The notes under the pieces: model-generated | Database searches by the model: none | What the model was told of the DNA's origin: nothing | The model's input: the letters and a program-made list of their open reading frames with translations, nothing else | Shown: piece after piece, positions 33,244-43,981 of the stretch | Layout: the number at the start of each line of letters is the position of its first letter | Position numbering within the stretch: the stretch's first letter is position 1 | Made by a program: the position numbers and the translations under genes | Assembly: GCF_001194135.2 (NCBI RefSeq) | Contig: NC_069002.1 | Coordinates: 31,163,469-31,207,449 of the forward strand | Length of the DNA stretch: 43,981 nucleotides | Reading direction: 5' to 3' | Origin: Octopus bimaculoides | Taxonomy: Eukaryota

Positions 33244-35432
33244 TGTATATATATATGTGTGTGTGCATGTGCATATATGTATGTGTGTGTATGTATGTAT
33301 GTANNNNNNNNNNNNNNNNNNNNNNNNNNNNNNNNNNNNNNNNNNNNNNNNNNNNNNNNNNNNNNNNNNNNNNNNNNNNNNNNNNNNNNNNNNNNNNNNN
33401 NNNNNNNNNNNNNNNNNNNNNNNNNNNNNNNNNNNNNNNNNNNNNNNNNNNNNNNNNNNNNNNNNNNNNNNNNNNNNNNNNNNNNNNNNNNNNNNNNNNN
33501 NNNNNNNNNNNNNNNNNNNNNNNNNNNNNNNNNNNNNNNNNNNNNNNNNNNNNNNNNNNNNNNNNNNNNNNNNNNNNNNNNNNNNNNNNNNNNNNNNNNN
33601 NNNNNNNNNNNNNNNNNNNNNNNNNNNNNNNNNNNNNNNNNNNNNNNNNNNNNNNNNNNNNNNNNNNNNNNNNNNNNNNNNNNNNNNNNNNNNNNNNNNN
33701 NNNNNNNNNNNNNNNNNNNNNNNNNNNNNNNNNNNNNNNNNNNNNNNNNNNNNNNCTTTCATTGAACATCTACTCTCTTTTTTACTCTTTTACTTGTTTC
33801 AGTCATTTGACTGTGGCCATGCTGGAGCACTGCCTTTTAGTCGAGCAAATCAACCCCGGGACTTATTCTTTCTAAGCCTAGTACTTATTCTATCGGTCTC
33901 TTTTTGCCGAACCACTAAGTTACGGGGACATAGACACTCGAGTATCGGTTGTCAAGCAATGCTAGGGGGACAAACACAGACACACAAACATACACACACA
34001 CACTATATATATATATATATATACATATATACGATGGGCTTCTTTCAGTTTCCGTCTAACAAATCCACTCACAAGGCTTTGGTCAGCCCGAGGCTATAGT
34101 AGAAGACACTTGCCCAAGGTGCCACGCAGTGGTACTGAACTCGAAACTATGTGGTTGGTAAGCAAGCTACTTACCACACAGCCACTCCTGCGCCTGTCTA
34201 TTAAAAATTTTCTTATATATCTACATCTATCCATGAAATGTAGTCTATCAAGACTTGGAATTTTCTACCCACATATGTCTTAACATTCAAGAAGAAGGAG
34301 AGTGGAACACATAATCTTCCTAAGTCTACATTTAGTCATTGTTCTTTTTATGGTGGAGGTGTACGTGATCCCTTTGAAGCCATTGTTGCTCAAATATATC
34401 CTTAGAGGATGACAGATTAGATGTCTTATAACTAATATATGATATCAGATTAACTGACATTCCTTCTGCATCATTTGCAAAAGGTAAGACACTGTTCTTA
34501 TTCACTAAAATTCTTTTCATATCCTGCCTGTATTGATTTAATGATTCTTCTGTAGCTTAGGAGTATTTTGACTTCTATTTTTAGCAAAGCAGGTGCTTAT
34601 GTAGTACCCTAGTATATATAAATATACTTATATATATTATATATAATTATCAATTTTGCCTACATGGCTTTTACGCTCGTGGCCACTAACGTTATAATTC
34701 TTAGGAATAATAATGTTCTTTTATATATATATATATATATATACATGACAAGTTTCTTTCAGTTTCCATCTACAAAATCCATTCACAAAGCTTCAAAGCT
34801 TTAGTTGGCCCAAGGATATAGTAGAAGTCACTTGCCCAAGGTGTCATACAGTGGGACAGAACCCAGAGGCATATGGTTGGAAAACAAGCTTCTTACCACC
34901 CAGTGTGTGTGTATATATAAACACCCCACACACACACACACATATATAGACACACACCAAATGACAAGTGNNNNNNNNNNNNNNNNNNNNNNNNNNNNNN
35001 NNNNNNNNNNNNNNNNNNNNNNNNNNNNNNNNNNNNNNNNNNNNNNNNNNNNNNNNNNNNNNNNNNNNNNNNNNNNNNNNNNNNNNNNNNNNNNNNNNNN
35101 NNNNNNNNNNNNNNNNNNNNNNNNNNNNNNNNNNNNNNNNNNNNNNNNNNNNNNNNNNNNNNNNNNNNNNNNNNNNNNNNNNNNNNNNNNNNNNNNNNNN
35201 NNNNNNNNNNNNNNNNNNNNNNNNNNNNNNNNNNNNNNNNNNNNNNNNNNNNNNNNNNNNNNNNNNNNNNNNNNNNNNNTTTTTTTTTCTTTTTTTAACC
35301 TGGTACATATTCCATCAGTTTATTTTGGCAAACAGCAAAGTTATGGAGTTGTAAACAAACCAACACTGGTTGTCAATTTGTGGTGGGGCAAAACACATAC
35401 ACAAAGCCACACACACACACACATAGATATAT

Positions 35433-35496
<64 letters not shown>

Positions 35497-36085
35497 GACA
35501 AGTTTCTTTCAGTTTCCATCTACAAAATCCATTCACAAAGCTTCAAAGCTTTAGTTGGCCCAAGGATATAGTAGAAGTCACTTGCCCAAGGTGTCATACA
35601 GTGGGACAGAACCCAGAGGCATATGGTTGGAAAACAAGCTTCTTACCACCCAGTGTGTGTGTATATATAAACACCCCACACACACACACACATATATAGA
35701 CACACACCAAATGACAAGTGGCATGTATTTAAATATCTCAATTTATTGAAATTATCTCTTGTTCAAAGAGAAGGTAAAACAATCGCTTGATGGTAATTTG
35801 AACTAGCCACCAGGTCCCAGTTTGGTTTGGCAAGGTTTCTACAGCTGGATGACCTTCCTAAAGAATACCACTCCAAGAATGTAGATGGTGCTTTTTACGT
35901 GCCATTCATGTAACACCAGCATCAGCCACGACTACAATCTCACTTGGCTTGACAGGTCTACACCAGCACAGTATATTATCAAGTCTTGGTCACCTGTCAC
36001 AGCCTCCATGTAGCCCAACACATGAACAGTGCTTATTATGTGCCACCGGCATGGGTGCCAGTCAGAAGGCACTGACATTACCCAT

Positions 36086-36120
<35 letters not shown>

Positions 36121-36124
<4 letters not shown>

Positions 36125-37095
36125 GCCACACCCTAACAGTTGAGGGAACCCGTGGAAGAGGTAGGCCCAGGAAGACCTGGGCTGAGGTGGTGAGGCAAGA
36201 CCTTCGTACATTGGGCCTCACCGAGGCGATGACTACGGACCGAGACCTTTGGAAATGGGCTGTGCGTGAGAAGACCCGGCAAGCCAAGTAAGATCGTTGC
36301 CAGTGCCCCTGGACTGGTTCTTGTGCGGGTGGCACATGAGATGCACCATTTTGAGCGTGGCCGTTGCCAGTACCGCCTGACTGGCTCCTGTAGGATTTTC
36401 GAGCGAGATCGTTGCCAGTGCCCCTGGACTGGCTTGTGCGNNNNNNNNNNNNNNNNNNNNNNNNNNNNNNNNNNNNNNNNNNNNNNNNNNNNNNNNNNNN
36501 NNNNNNNNNNNNNNNNNNNNNNNNNNNNNNNNNNNNNNNNNNNNNNNNNNNNNNNNNNNNNNNNNNNNNNNNNNNNNNNNNNNNNNNNNNNNNNNNNNNN
36601 NNNNNNNNNNNNNNNNNNNNNNNNNNNNNNNNNNNNNNNNNNNNNNNNNNNNNNNNNNNNNNNNNNNNNNNNNNNNNNNNNNNNNNNNNNNNNNNNNNNN
36701 NNNNNNNNNNNNNNNNNNNNNNNNNNNNNNNNNNNNNNNNNNNNNNNNNNNNNNNNNNNNNNNNNNNNNNNNNNNNNNNNNNNNNNNNNNNNNNNNNNNN
36801 NNNNNNNNNNNNNNNNNNNNNNNNNNNNNNNNNNNNNNNNNNNNNNNNNNNNNNNNNCGGGTGGCACATAAAAGACACCATTTCGAGCGTGGCCGTTTTC
36901 GTGCAGGTGACACGTAAAAGCACCCACTACACTCTCTGAGTGGTTGGCGTTAGGAAGGGCATCCAGCTGTAGAAACTCTGCCAAATCAGACTGGAGCCTG
37001 GTGTTGCCATCCGGTTTCACCAGTCCTCAGTCAAATCGTCCAACCCATGCTAGCATGGAAAGCGGACGTTAAACGATGATGATGATGATGATGAT
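36121..37095 (+). mobile_element. 5'-truncated RTE-clade LINE: ORF2 C-terminus + long 3'UTR + (GAT)n tail
   Basis: 36121-36291 reads KCHTLTVEGTRGRGRPRKTWAEVVRQDLRTLGLTEAMTTDRDLWKWAVREKTRQAK*, followed (across a gap) by the family C sequence ending GTTAAACGATGATG. Confidence 0.85.
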
Positions 37096-37259
37096 ATATA
37101 CACAGTGGGCTTCTTTCAGTTTCCATACATCAAGTTCATTCACAAAGTATTGGTACAAAGGAAAATACACTTGATTAAGGCGCCACACGATGGAATTGAA
37201 CCCAAAACATGGTTGAGAAGCCAACGTATTAACTACACAGCCTTGCCTTCTTATAAATA

Positions 37260-37675
37260 CAAATAGATACACACACATGCACACACACATACATACACAC
37301 ACATTTGTGTCTATACATATGCATATATATACTTGCATATATTTATGCATATGCACACACACAGACATACATACATACTTACATACATGCCTGTATAAAC
37401 ATATATATATGTATACATATGCATACACACTCACAGATACATGCATACATACATATATACGCACACATGTGCATATATACATATGCATATATTTACGCAT
37501 ATATACACACAGACATACATACATATATATGAATACATATGGATACACACTCACACATACATGCATACATACATACATAGATACATACACACATACATAC
37601 ACACACACATACATACATACACACATACATACACACATACATACATACATACATACATACATACGTACATACATA
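37260..37675. repeat. (CA/TA/CATA)n compound microsatellite field; similar fields at ~18140-18650, 26130-26770, 40910-41290
   Basis: Direct reading; source of the H/T/Y/I-rich pseudo-ORFs. Confidence 0.95.
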
Positions 37676-38532
37676 TCATTGAAAAGAAAATGTCTTACAA
37701 AATAGCTTCTTTGGTTGATTTCTCAAAACTTTCCAAAGAAATGCAATAGAAGGAATCGAAGAAATCAAAGCAGAACAAACAGGAAAAAAAGACAATAATG
37801 ATCAACCTCAACAATTGTCAGACATTTGAAGTGGTTCTCTATTATACGCTACTCCCTTCCACCATTCCCTTCAAGACTTCCAAACAACAAACAATAACAC
37901 TTCTTTGTATATCTTTTTTTTCTTGCCCCACATGTTTTAATTCTATAAATACTTCAACTTGTTCCATTACTTCACAATTCAATCATTTTTTTCTTTCTTT
38001 TTATGTTTTGGTTCAAGCGAAATAAACGATACATTTTGTTGGAGATACATCTGTTAAATTTATTGAGGTCCTTCTTTTAAATAGTTAGCGGTACTTCTGT
38101 CATAATGGATAAAAAAGTATCTTAACAACTTAAATAGACTTCTCTCTATATTAACCCTTTGAATTCACGAGTATGTTTTAATGGGCAATTTCATTTGATT
38201 ATCCTACTTCTGAAAGGCACAAAAGCAGGCAGCCATGTTGTTTTGCATTTATGACTGAAAATAACGATGTTTTTGATATTTCTGCCAATTGGGAAGCCAA
38301 AACTACAAAAACCACATGGCTTTCAACGTTTCCCCCCCCCCATCCAAGGGGGTGTTTTCAAGCACAATATTCTGTATGCTGTTGTTAATGCTTTTTTATC
38401 TTCGTTGAATCCTGACATTAAAACACAATATACTAATAATTCAAATCATGATTATTTGATACGATAAAGTAATTCAGCTGCATTAGCTATCCATACACTG
38501 CAAACAGGATATAAACAACCAGGCATGAGACA

Positions 38533-38569
<37 letters not shown>

Positions 38570-39017
38570 CACGACTACCACCACTACTACTACCACTACT
38601 ACCATCACTACTACTACCACTACCACCACTACAACCACCACTTCTCCTACCACTACCTCTACTACTACTACCACCACTACTACCACCACTACTACCACTA
38701 CTACTACTACAACAGCTACTACTACCACCACCACCACCACTACCGCCACCACTACTACTACAACCATTACTACTACTACAACTACTACTACTGCTGCTGC
38801 TATCGCTACTAATACTACTACTACCACCACCACCACCACTACTGCCACCCATCGATAGAACCCTGACAGACGCTACCATTCTGGGTCAGAACCGACCTGG
38901 GTGTCATGGTAACCAAGGGGTGACCCACACACTCCCCACAAATGCAGAAACCCTGAACTGCAGCCTTCACCCCTGGATGCAGTTTAAAGGTCATATCCTG
39001 GAACTTAATAATATGGC

Positions 39018-39401
39018 CGTGGAGGCGCAATGGCCCAGTGGTTAGGGTAGCGGACTCACGGTCATAGGATCGCGGATTCGATTCCCAGACCAGGCGTTGT
39101 GAGTGTTTATTGAGCGAAAACACCTAAAGCTCCACAAGGCTCCGGCAGAGGATGGTGGCGAACCCTGCTGTACTCTTTCACCATAACTTTCTCTCACTCT
39201 TACTTCCTGTTTCCGTTGTGCCTGTAATTCAAAGGGTCAGCCTTGTTACACTGTATCACGCTGAATATCCCCGAGAACTACGTTAAGGGTACACGTGTCT
39301 GTGGAGTGCTCAGCCACTTGCACGTTAATTTCACGAGCAGGCTGTTCCGTTGATCGGATCAACTGGAACCCTCGACGTCGTAAGCAACGGAGTGCCAACA
39401 A
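39018..39401 (+). mobile_element. Full-length tRNA-derived SINE with 11-bp TSD
   Basis: Head GGAGGCGCAATGGCCCAGTGG (A box), GGATTCGATTCC (B box); TSD AATAATATGGC at 39007-39017 and 39402-39412. Confidence 0.9.
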
Positions 39402-39500
39402 AATAATATGGCAACTGAGATTGTCTGCAAAATTGTTGTGCAAGCCTTTGTCACTCAGATACAATGACATACGGATGTTTCAATACAATTATCACTACAC

Positions 39501-39543
<43 letters not shown>

Positions 39544-39694
39544 CTTGCATGCTATATACAAAGAATGATTTTCTCTGTGAATTGTAAATGACTCAAACAA
39601 AACTGAAACATTCTCAGTGTGTAATAATTAAGAATATATATATGAGTCTGCGCAATAAATCAATGAGTCTTTCTCTCTATTTCCTGGTGCATTC

Positions 39695-40120
39695 AGCATC
39701 ATCATCATCATCATTGCTGTCATCGTCATCATTGTCATCATCATCGTCGTCGTCGTCGTCGTCCACGACATCATCATCGTTGTCGATGTCGTTGTCGTCT
39801 TTGTCATCATTGTCATCACTGTCATCATCATCATCATCATTGTCGTCGTCGTTGTCATCATCGTCATCCTTATCAACATTATCATCATTGTCGCTGTCAT
39901 CGTCGTCGTCATCATCATCATCATCATCATTGTCGTCATCATTATCGTCATCGTCATCATCATCATCATCATTGTTGTCATCACCATGATGATGATGATG
40001 ATCATCATCATCATCGTCTACATCGTCAACATCAACATCATCATCATCGTCATCGTTGTCATCATCATCATCATCGTCATCAACATCATTGTCGTTGTCA
40101 TCATCATCATCAGCATTATG
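39695..40120. repeat. (CAT/CGT)n trinucleotide field; similar fields at ~7000-7620, 38530-38845, 41595-42065
   Basis: Direct reading. Confidence 0.95.
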
Positions 40121-41826
40121 TAATGAAGATCAAACAAAAGGAAAAAAATGCCTGAAGCATTTCTTATAAAAAGTTAGAATATCTTTGGCATCAAAGAAAA
40201 TGTTTTCATTTTTTTCGATAAAAAACATGTTTTAAAGATTAAAACTTAAAACATAAAAATTGTACCATCAATCATACATCTTTTATCTTTTATCTTTTAC
40301 TTGCTTCAGTCACTTGACTGTGGCCATGCTGGAGCACTGCCTTGAAGGGCTTTAGTTGAACAAATTTTGTAAATTTTGGTGCTTCAACTCAAGTGCCTAA
40401 TCCATCTGAATCTCAATTATTTTGCTTATATATATATATCATCATTGTTTAACGTCTGCATTTCCATGCTAGCATGGGTTGGATGATTTGACTGAGGACT
40501 GGTGAAACCAGATGGCTGCACCAGGCTCCATTCTGATTTGGCAGAGTTTCTACAGCTGGATGCCCTTCCTAACGCCAACCACTCCGAGAGTGTAGTGGGT
40601 GCTTTTACGTGCCACCGGCACGAAGGCCAGGCAAGAGGTACTAGCAACGGCCACGCTCGAAATGGTGTATTTTACGTGCCACCTGCACAGGAGCCAGTCC
40701 AGGGACACTGGCAATGATCTCGCTCAAATGTTTTTTCACGTGCCAGGAAAGCGACACTGGTAATGATCACACTCAAATGGCGATATTATATATATACCTA
40801 TATATACTATATATATACCCTGTATACATTAATACCCAGCATTTTTGCCTGTTATTCCAAAGAAAACTTGTTAACTACTTCTTAACTAAATCAAACATGC
40901 TTCGTCACACATAGACACTAACACACACACACACTCTCTCTCTCTCTCACACACATGCACACACACACACACACTCATACACATATGCACATGTAGACTC
41001 ACATGCAAACACACGCATGCATACACACACACAAACATTTACACACACATGAATGCATACACAAACACAGACACACACACACATGCCCTTACACACATTT
41101 ACACACACCGTCACACACAAACAAACCTATACACACACAAAAATTCATGCACATGTATACATATATTCACAAATACCCACATACACACAAACATTCACAT
41201 GCACACACAAACATTCACACACATACACACACACACTCACTCACACACACATACGCAGATCGACACACAGACACACACACCCAATATACACACCGGAGTG
41301 TGTCGTCGTTGGGAGACGTGCAAAATAAAGAACCGGATGTTTGAGAAAGAAACAGGGAAAGGTTCGTTAGAGTTGAGCAATTAATTGATTTCTTGCAAAG
41401 TTTAAGAAGATTAGTGGAAAAGGCTAAAGTTATGGAGTCATGATAAACAGGATTATCCCAGCGACTCTAGAATTGTTGTGGGATTGGCACTGAAGATGTT
41501 TCGGTTGGTCGACTTCTAACTGGAGATTGTCATTGCATGACCTCATCCTGTGTTTAGCATCACCACCTAAACATCCTCGTTTGAAAAGCCTCTTACTCAT
41601 CATCATCATCATCATCATCATTGTTATTGTTGTAAATATTGTCATTGTTGGTAGGAGCAGTGCTGTCGTTGTCATGGTCATCAGTTACCATCATCATAAT
41701 TATCATCACTGTTGTCATCATCATCTTCATCATCACCACCATCATAATCATCACGACCATCTCCACCACCATCATCATCATCATCGTCATCATCATAACA
41801 TAACAATCACCATTATCTTTATCTTC

Positions 41827-41903
<77 letters not shown>

Positions 41904-42924
41904 ACAACAACAACAACAACAACATCATCATCATCATCATCATTATCATCACTACCATCATCACAACCAGCACCACCACCACCACCACCACCACTATCAT
42001 CACCATCGTCGTCGTCATTGCAACCAAAGCCACCGGCAATGTCACAGATGTCGTCATTGTCATTCTCGCCGAGAATGGGCGAGAAAGCTTGGTGCAACTC
42101 ATTCCTACAGCTGAGTGGACTGGAGCAATGTGAAATGAAGTGTCTTGCTCAAGAACACAATGGATCACCCGGTCCAGGAATCGAAACCGCAATCTTAGGT
42201 TGTTATGAATCCAACACCTTAACCACATCAATTGGGAGCGGAGCACTATCTGCAAGAGACCAGTGACCTATCCAGATACCACGTCATTTGGGAGCTCTGT
42301 CTGCAAGAGACTAGCGACCTATCCAGATGAATAATTCATGTCTCATTTGCTTCACTACAAAACTAAAAACAAAGTACCAACTCTCAAGTTCCCCTTCAGG
42401 GACAGGAAGAATGTTTATTGTTGCTGCGCTTTGGTTTAAACTTTTAGTATTCAGATATTATTCTGTCAAATGTAATGTTTTTCCATCCACATTGTTTGGA
42501 ATTAATCATGCATTATCCCAGAGCTTTGAGATTTCAATGATGTGAGTGTTTTCTTTTATAGTGACATTGCAGGGTAGGTATGAGAGGTCAGATCTGGTCA
42601 CATTGATTGTAAAATAGTCAGAATATTTGGGCCAGATATGGTCAGTTTGAATGTTAACGGGCTAAACGACCCCCGCCGGATCAACCCTTATTCAGCAGAG
42701 CTATGATTGAAGAAGTTCCAACCATGACCATCCCACCTTTTCTTTGAAAGTAGCATACCTAAGTGATTAATGTTTGTGTCCTTCCTTTTCCAAAACAGTA
42801 GGGTGGTTGTGACTGGAGGAGGAACTGGCTGCTATTTCTCTCAGGTCACATAACTCTTTAGAAGCTCTACTCTCTACCGAAAATACTAATTGTGTTGGGT
42901 TATATCAAGGTTCCTTGTGGGAAG

Positions 42925-43315
42925 GTGGAGGCGCAATGGCTCAGTGGTTAGGGCAGCGGACTCGCGGTCATAGGATCACAGCTTCGATTCCCAGACCAGG
43001 CGTTGTGAGTGTTTATTGAGCGAAAAACACCTAAAGCTCCACGAGGCTCCGGCAGAGGATGGTGGCGAACCCTGCTGTACTCTTTCACCACAACTTTCTC
43101 TCACTCTTACTTCCTGTTTCTGTTGTGCCTGTAATTCAAAGGGTCAGCCTTGTCACAATCTGTGTCACGCTGAATATCCCCGAGAACTACGTCAAGGGTA
43201 CACGTATCAGTGGAGTGCTCAGCCACTTGCACGTTAATTTCACGAGCAGGCTGTTCCATTGATCGGATCAACTGGAACCCTCGACGTCGTAAGCGACGGA
43301 GTGCCAAGAACAACT
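42925..43315 (+). mobile_element. Second full-length copy of the same SINE with 10-bp TSD
   Basis: Near-identical by eye to 39018-39401; TSD TTGTGGGAAG at 42915-42924 and 43316-43325. Confidence 0.9.
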
Positions 43316-43820
43316 TTGTGGGAAGAGACTGTGAAGGAAAGATCAAAGAGTTATGTACTCAATACAGGTGTATGTGACATTGTAATGATCATGCTGGCAT
43401 TGTAGAGACTAATAGAAATTCTAACACCATCTTCATACCACTGATACAGAATTGAATAAAAGAAAGGAAAAATCCCAGCTGTTTTTTTGCTATTTTTAGT
43501 TCTTATTTCTCCACACCAAAATGGGTAGAACAGACCTGCAAATTTATACATTTTCCTGGTCTCTTCACGTAATTGCCTGCCTACTTAGATGTTGTTTTGA
43601 AGGAAAGACATTGTTGTTTGGATAATCTGAGCATGGAGTGAAAAGAACTGTGAAATAATGAAGATTATTAAAGAGGAAGCACTTGAGAGTTTGGAAGACG
43701 GCTACGTGGAATAATGTCTTGAACAATGATGGAGTATGTTGTGGTAATACAATCTCTGCTGATTACAAGAATGTTTAATCATTCTGGAGCAGATGGACCT
43801 CCATCCAACACCATATACAC

Positions 43821-43864
<44 letters not shown>

Positions 43865-43891
43865 ATATCTGAAAATATAATGTATATGTTT

Positions 43892-43932
<41 letters not shown>

Positions 43933-43981
43933 CATTCATACATACATATATTGAAATATATATGCATATACATATATATAT

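Noticed and set aside
34332-34520. 62-aa minus ORF and neighbouring unique sequence; also unique stretch 43550-43760
   Set aside because: No recognisable motif; all frames are interrupted by stops within plausible splice boundaries.
34741-35720. Exact 230-bp duplication (34741-34970 vs 35491-35720)
   Set aside because: Identical copies either side of an N gap; typical scaffolding artefact.
39021-39097. Possible tRNA gene (also 42928-43005)
   Set aside because: The tRNA-like head continues into a shared 300-bp body with TSDs; it is a SINE.
40488-40515. CTGAGGA...GAAAC in family C reverse strand as a hammerhead
   Set aside because: Only 5 nt between the boxes (no helix II) and no helix I/III pairing.
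37069-42255. His/Thr-, Ser-, Met/Asp- and Val-rich ORFs
   Set aside because: Translations of (CA)n, (CAT)n and (ACT)n tracts; no domain, splice or codon evidence.

Overview
This is animal genomic DNA: AT-rich, dense in microsatellites and SINEs, with many N gaps. The repeat families point to an octopus draft assembly (inference). The only protein-coding gene I can support is a minus-strand synaptotagmin-12 (SYT12) orthologue. It has 8 coding exons (13357->89) with canonical GT-AG sites and matching phases, giving 1236 nt = 411 aa + stop (N-terminal TM helix, linker, C2A, C2B with degenerate Ca2+ ligands). The first coding exon is absent from the ORF track. From 13.4 to 44 kb I found no recognisable host coding exon; it is transposon- and repeat-derived and may hold 5'UTR exons. 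The most notable elements are: a minimal type I hammerhead-ribozyme-like motif of the Penelope/retrozyme kind (30252-30300, sense to SYT12); a decayed Penelope GIY-YIG fragment; a 5'-inverted RTE LINE with nested SINEs; a putative solo LTR with TATA/ETS/NRF1/YY1 motifs pointing at SYT12; a GG-ended MITE with an 8-bp TSD and internal TTAGGG repeats; and a self-complementary 16-bp tandem array inside a mariner remnant. I do not see firm evidence of a wholly new system; the ribozyme motif and the LTR promoter are the best leads. Nearly all other ORFs in the track are translated microsatellites, gaps or SINEs.
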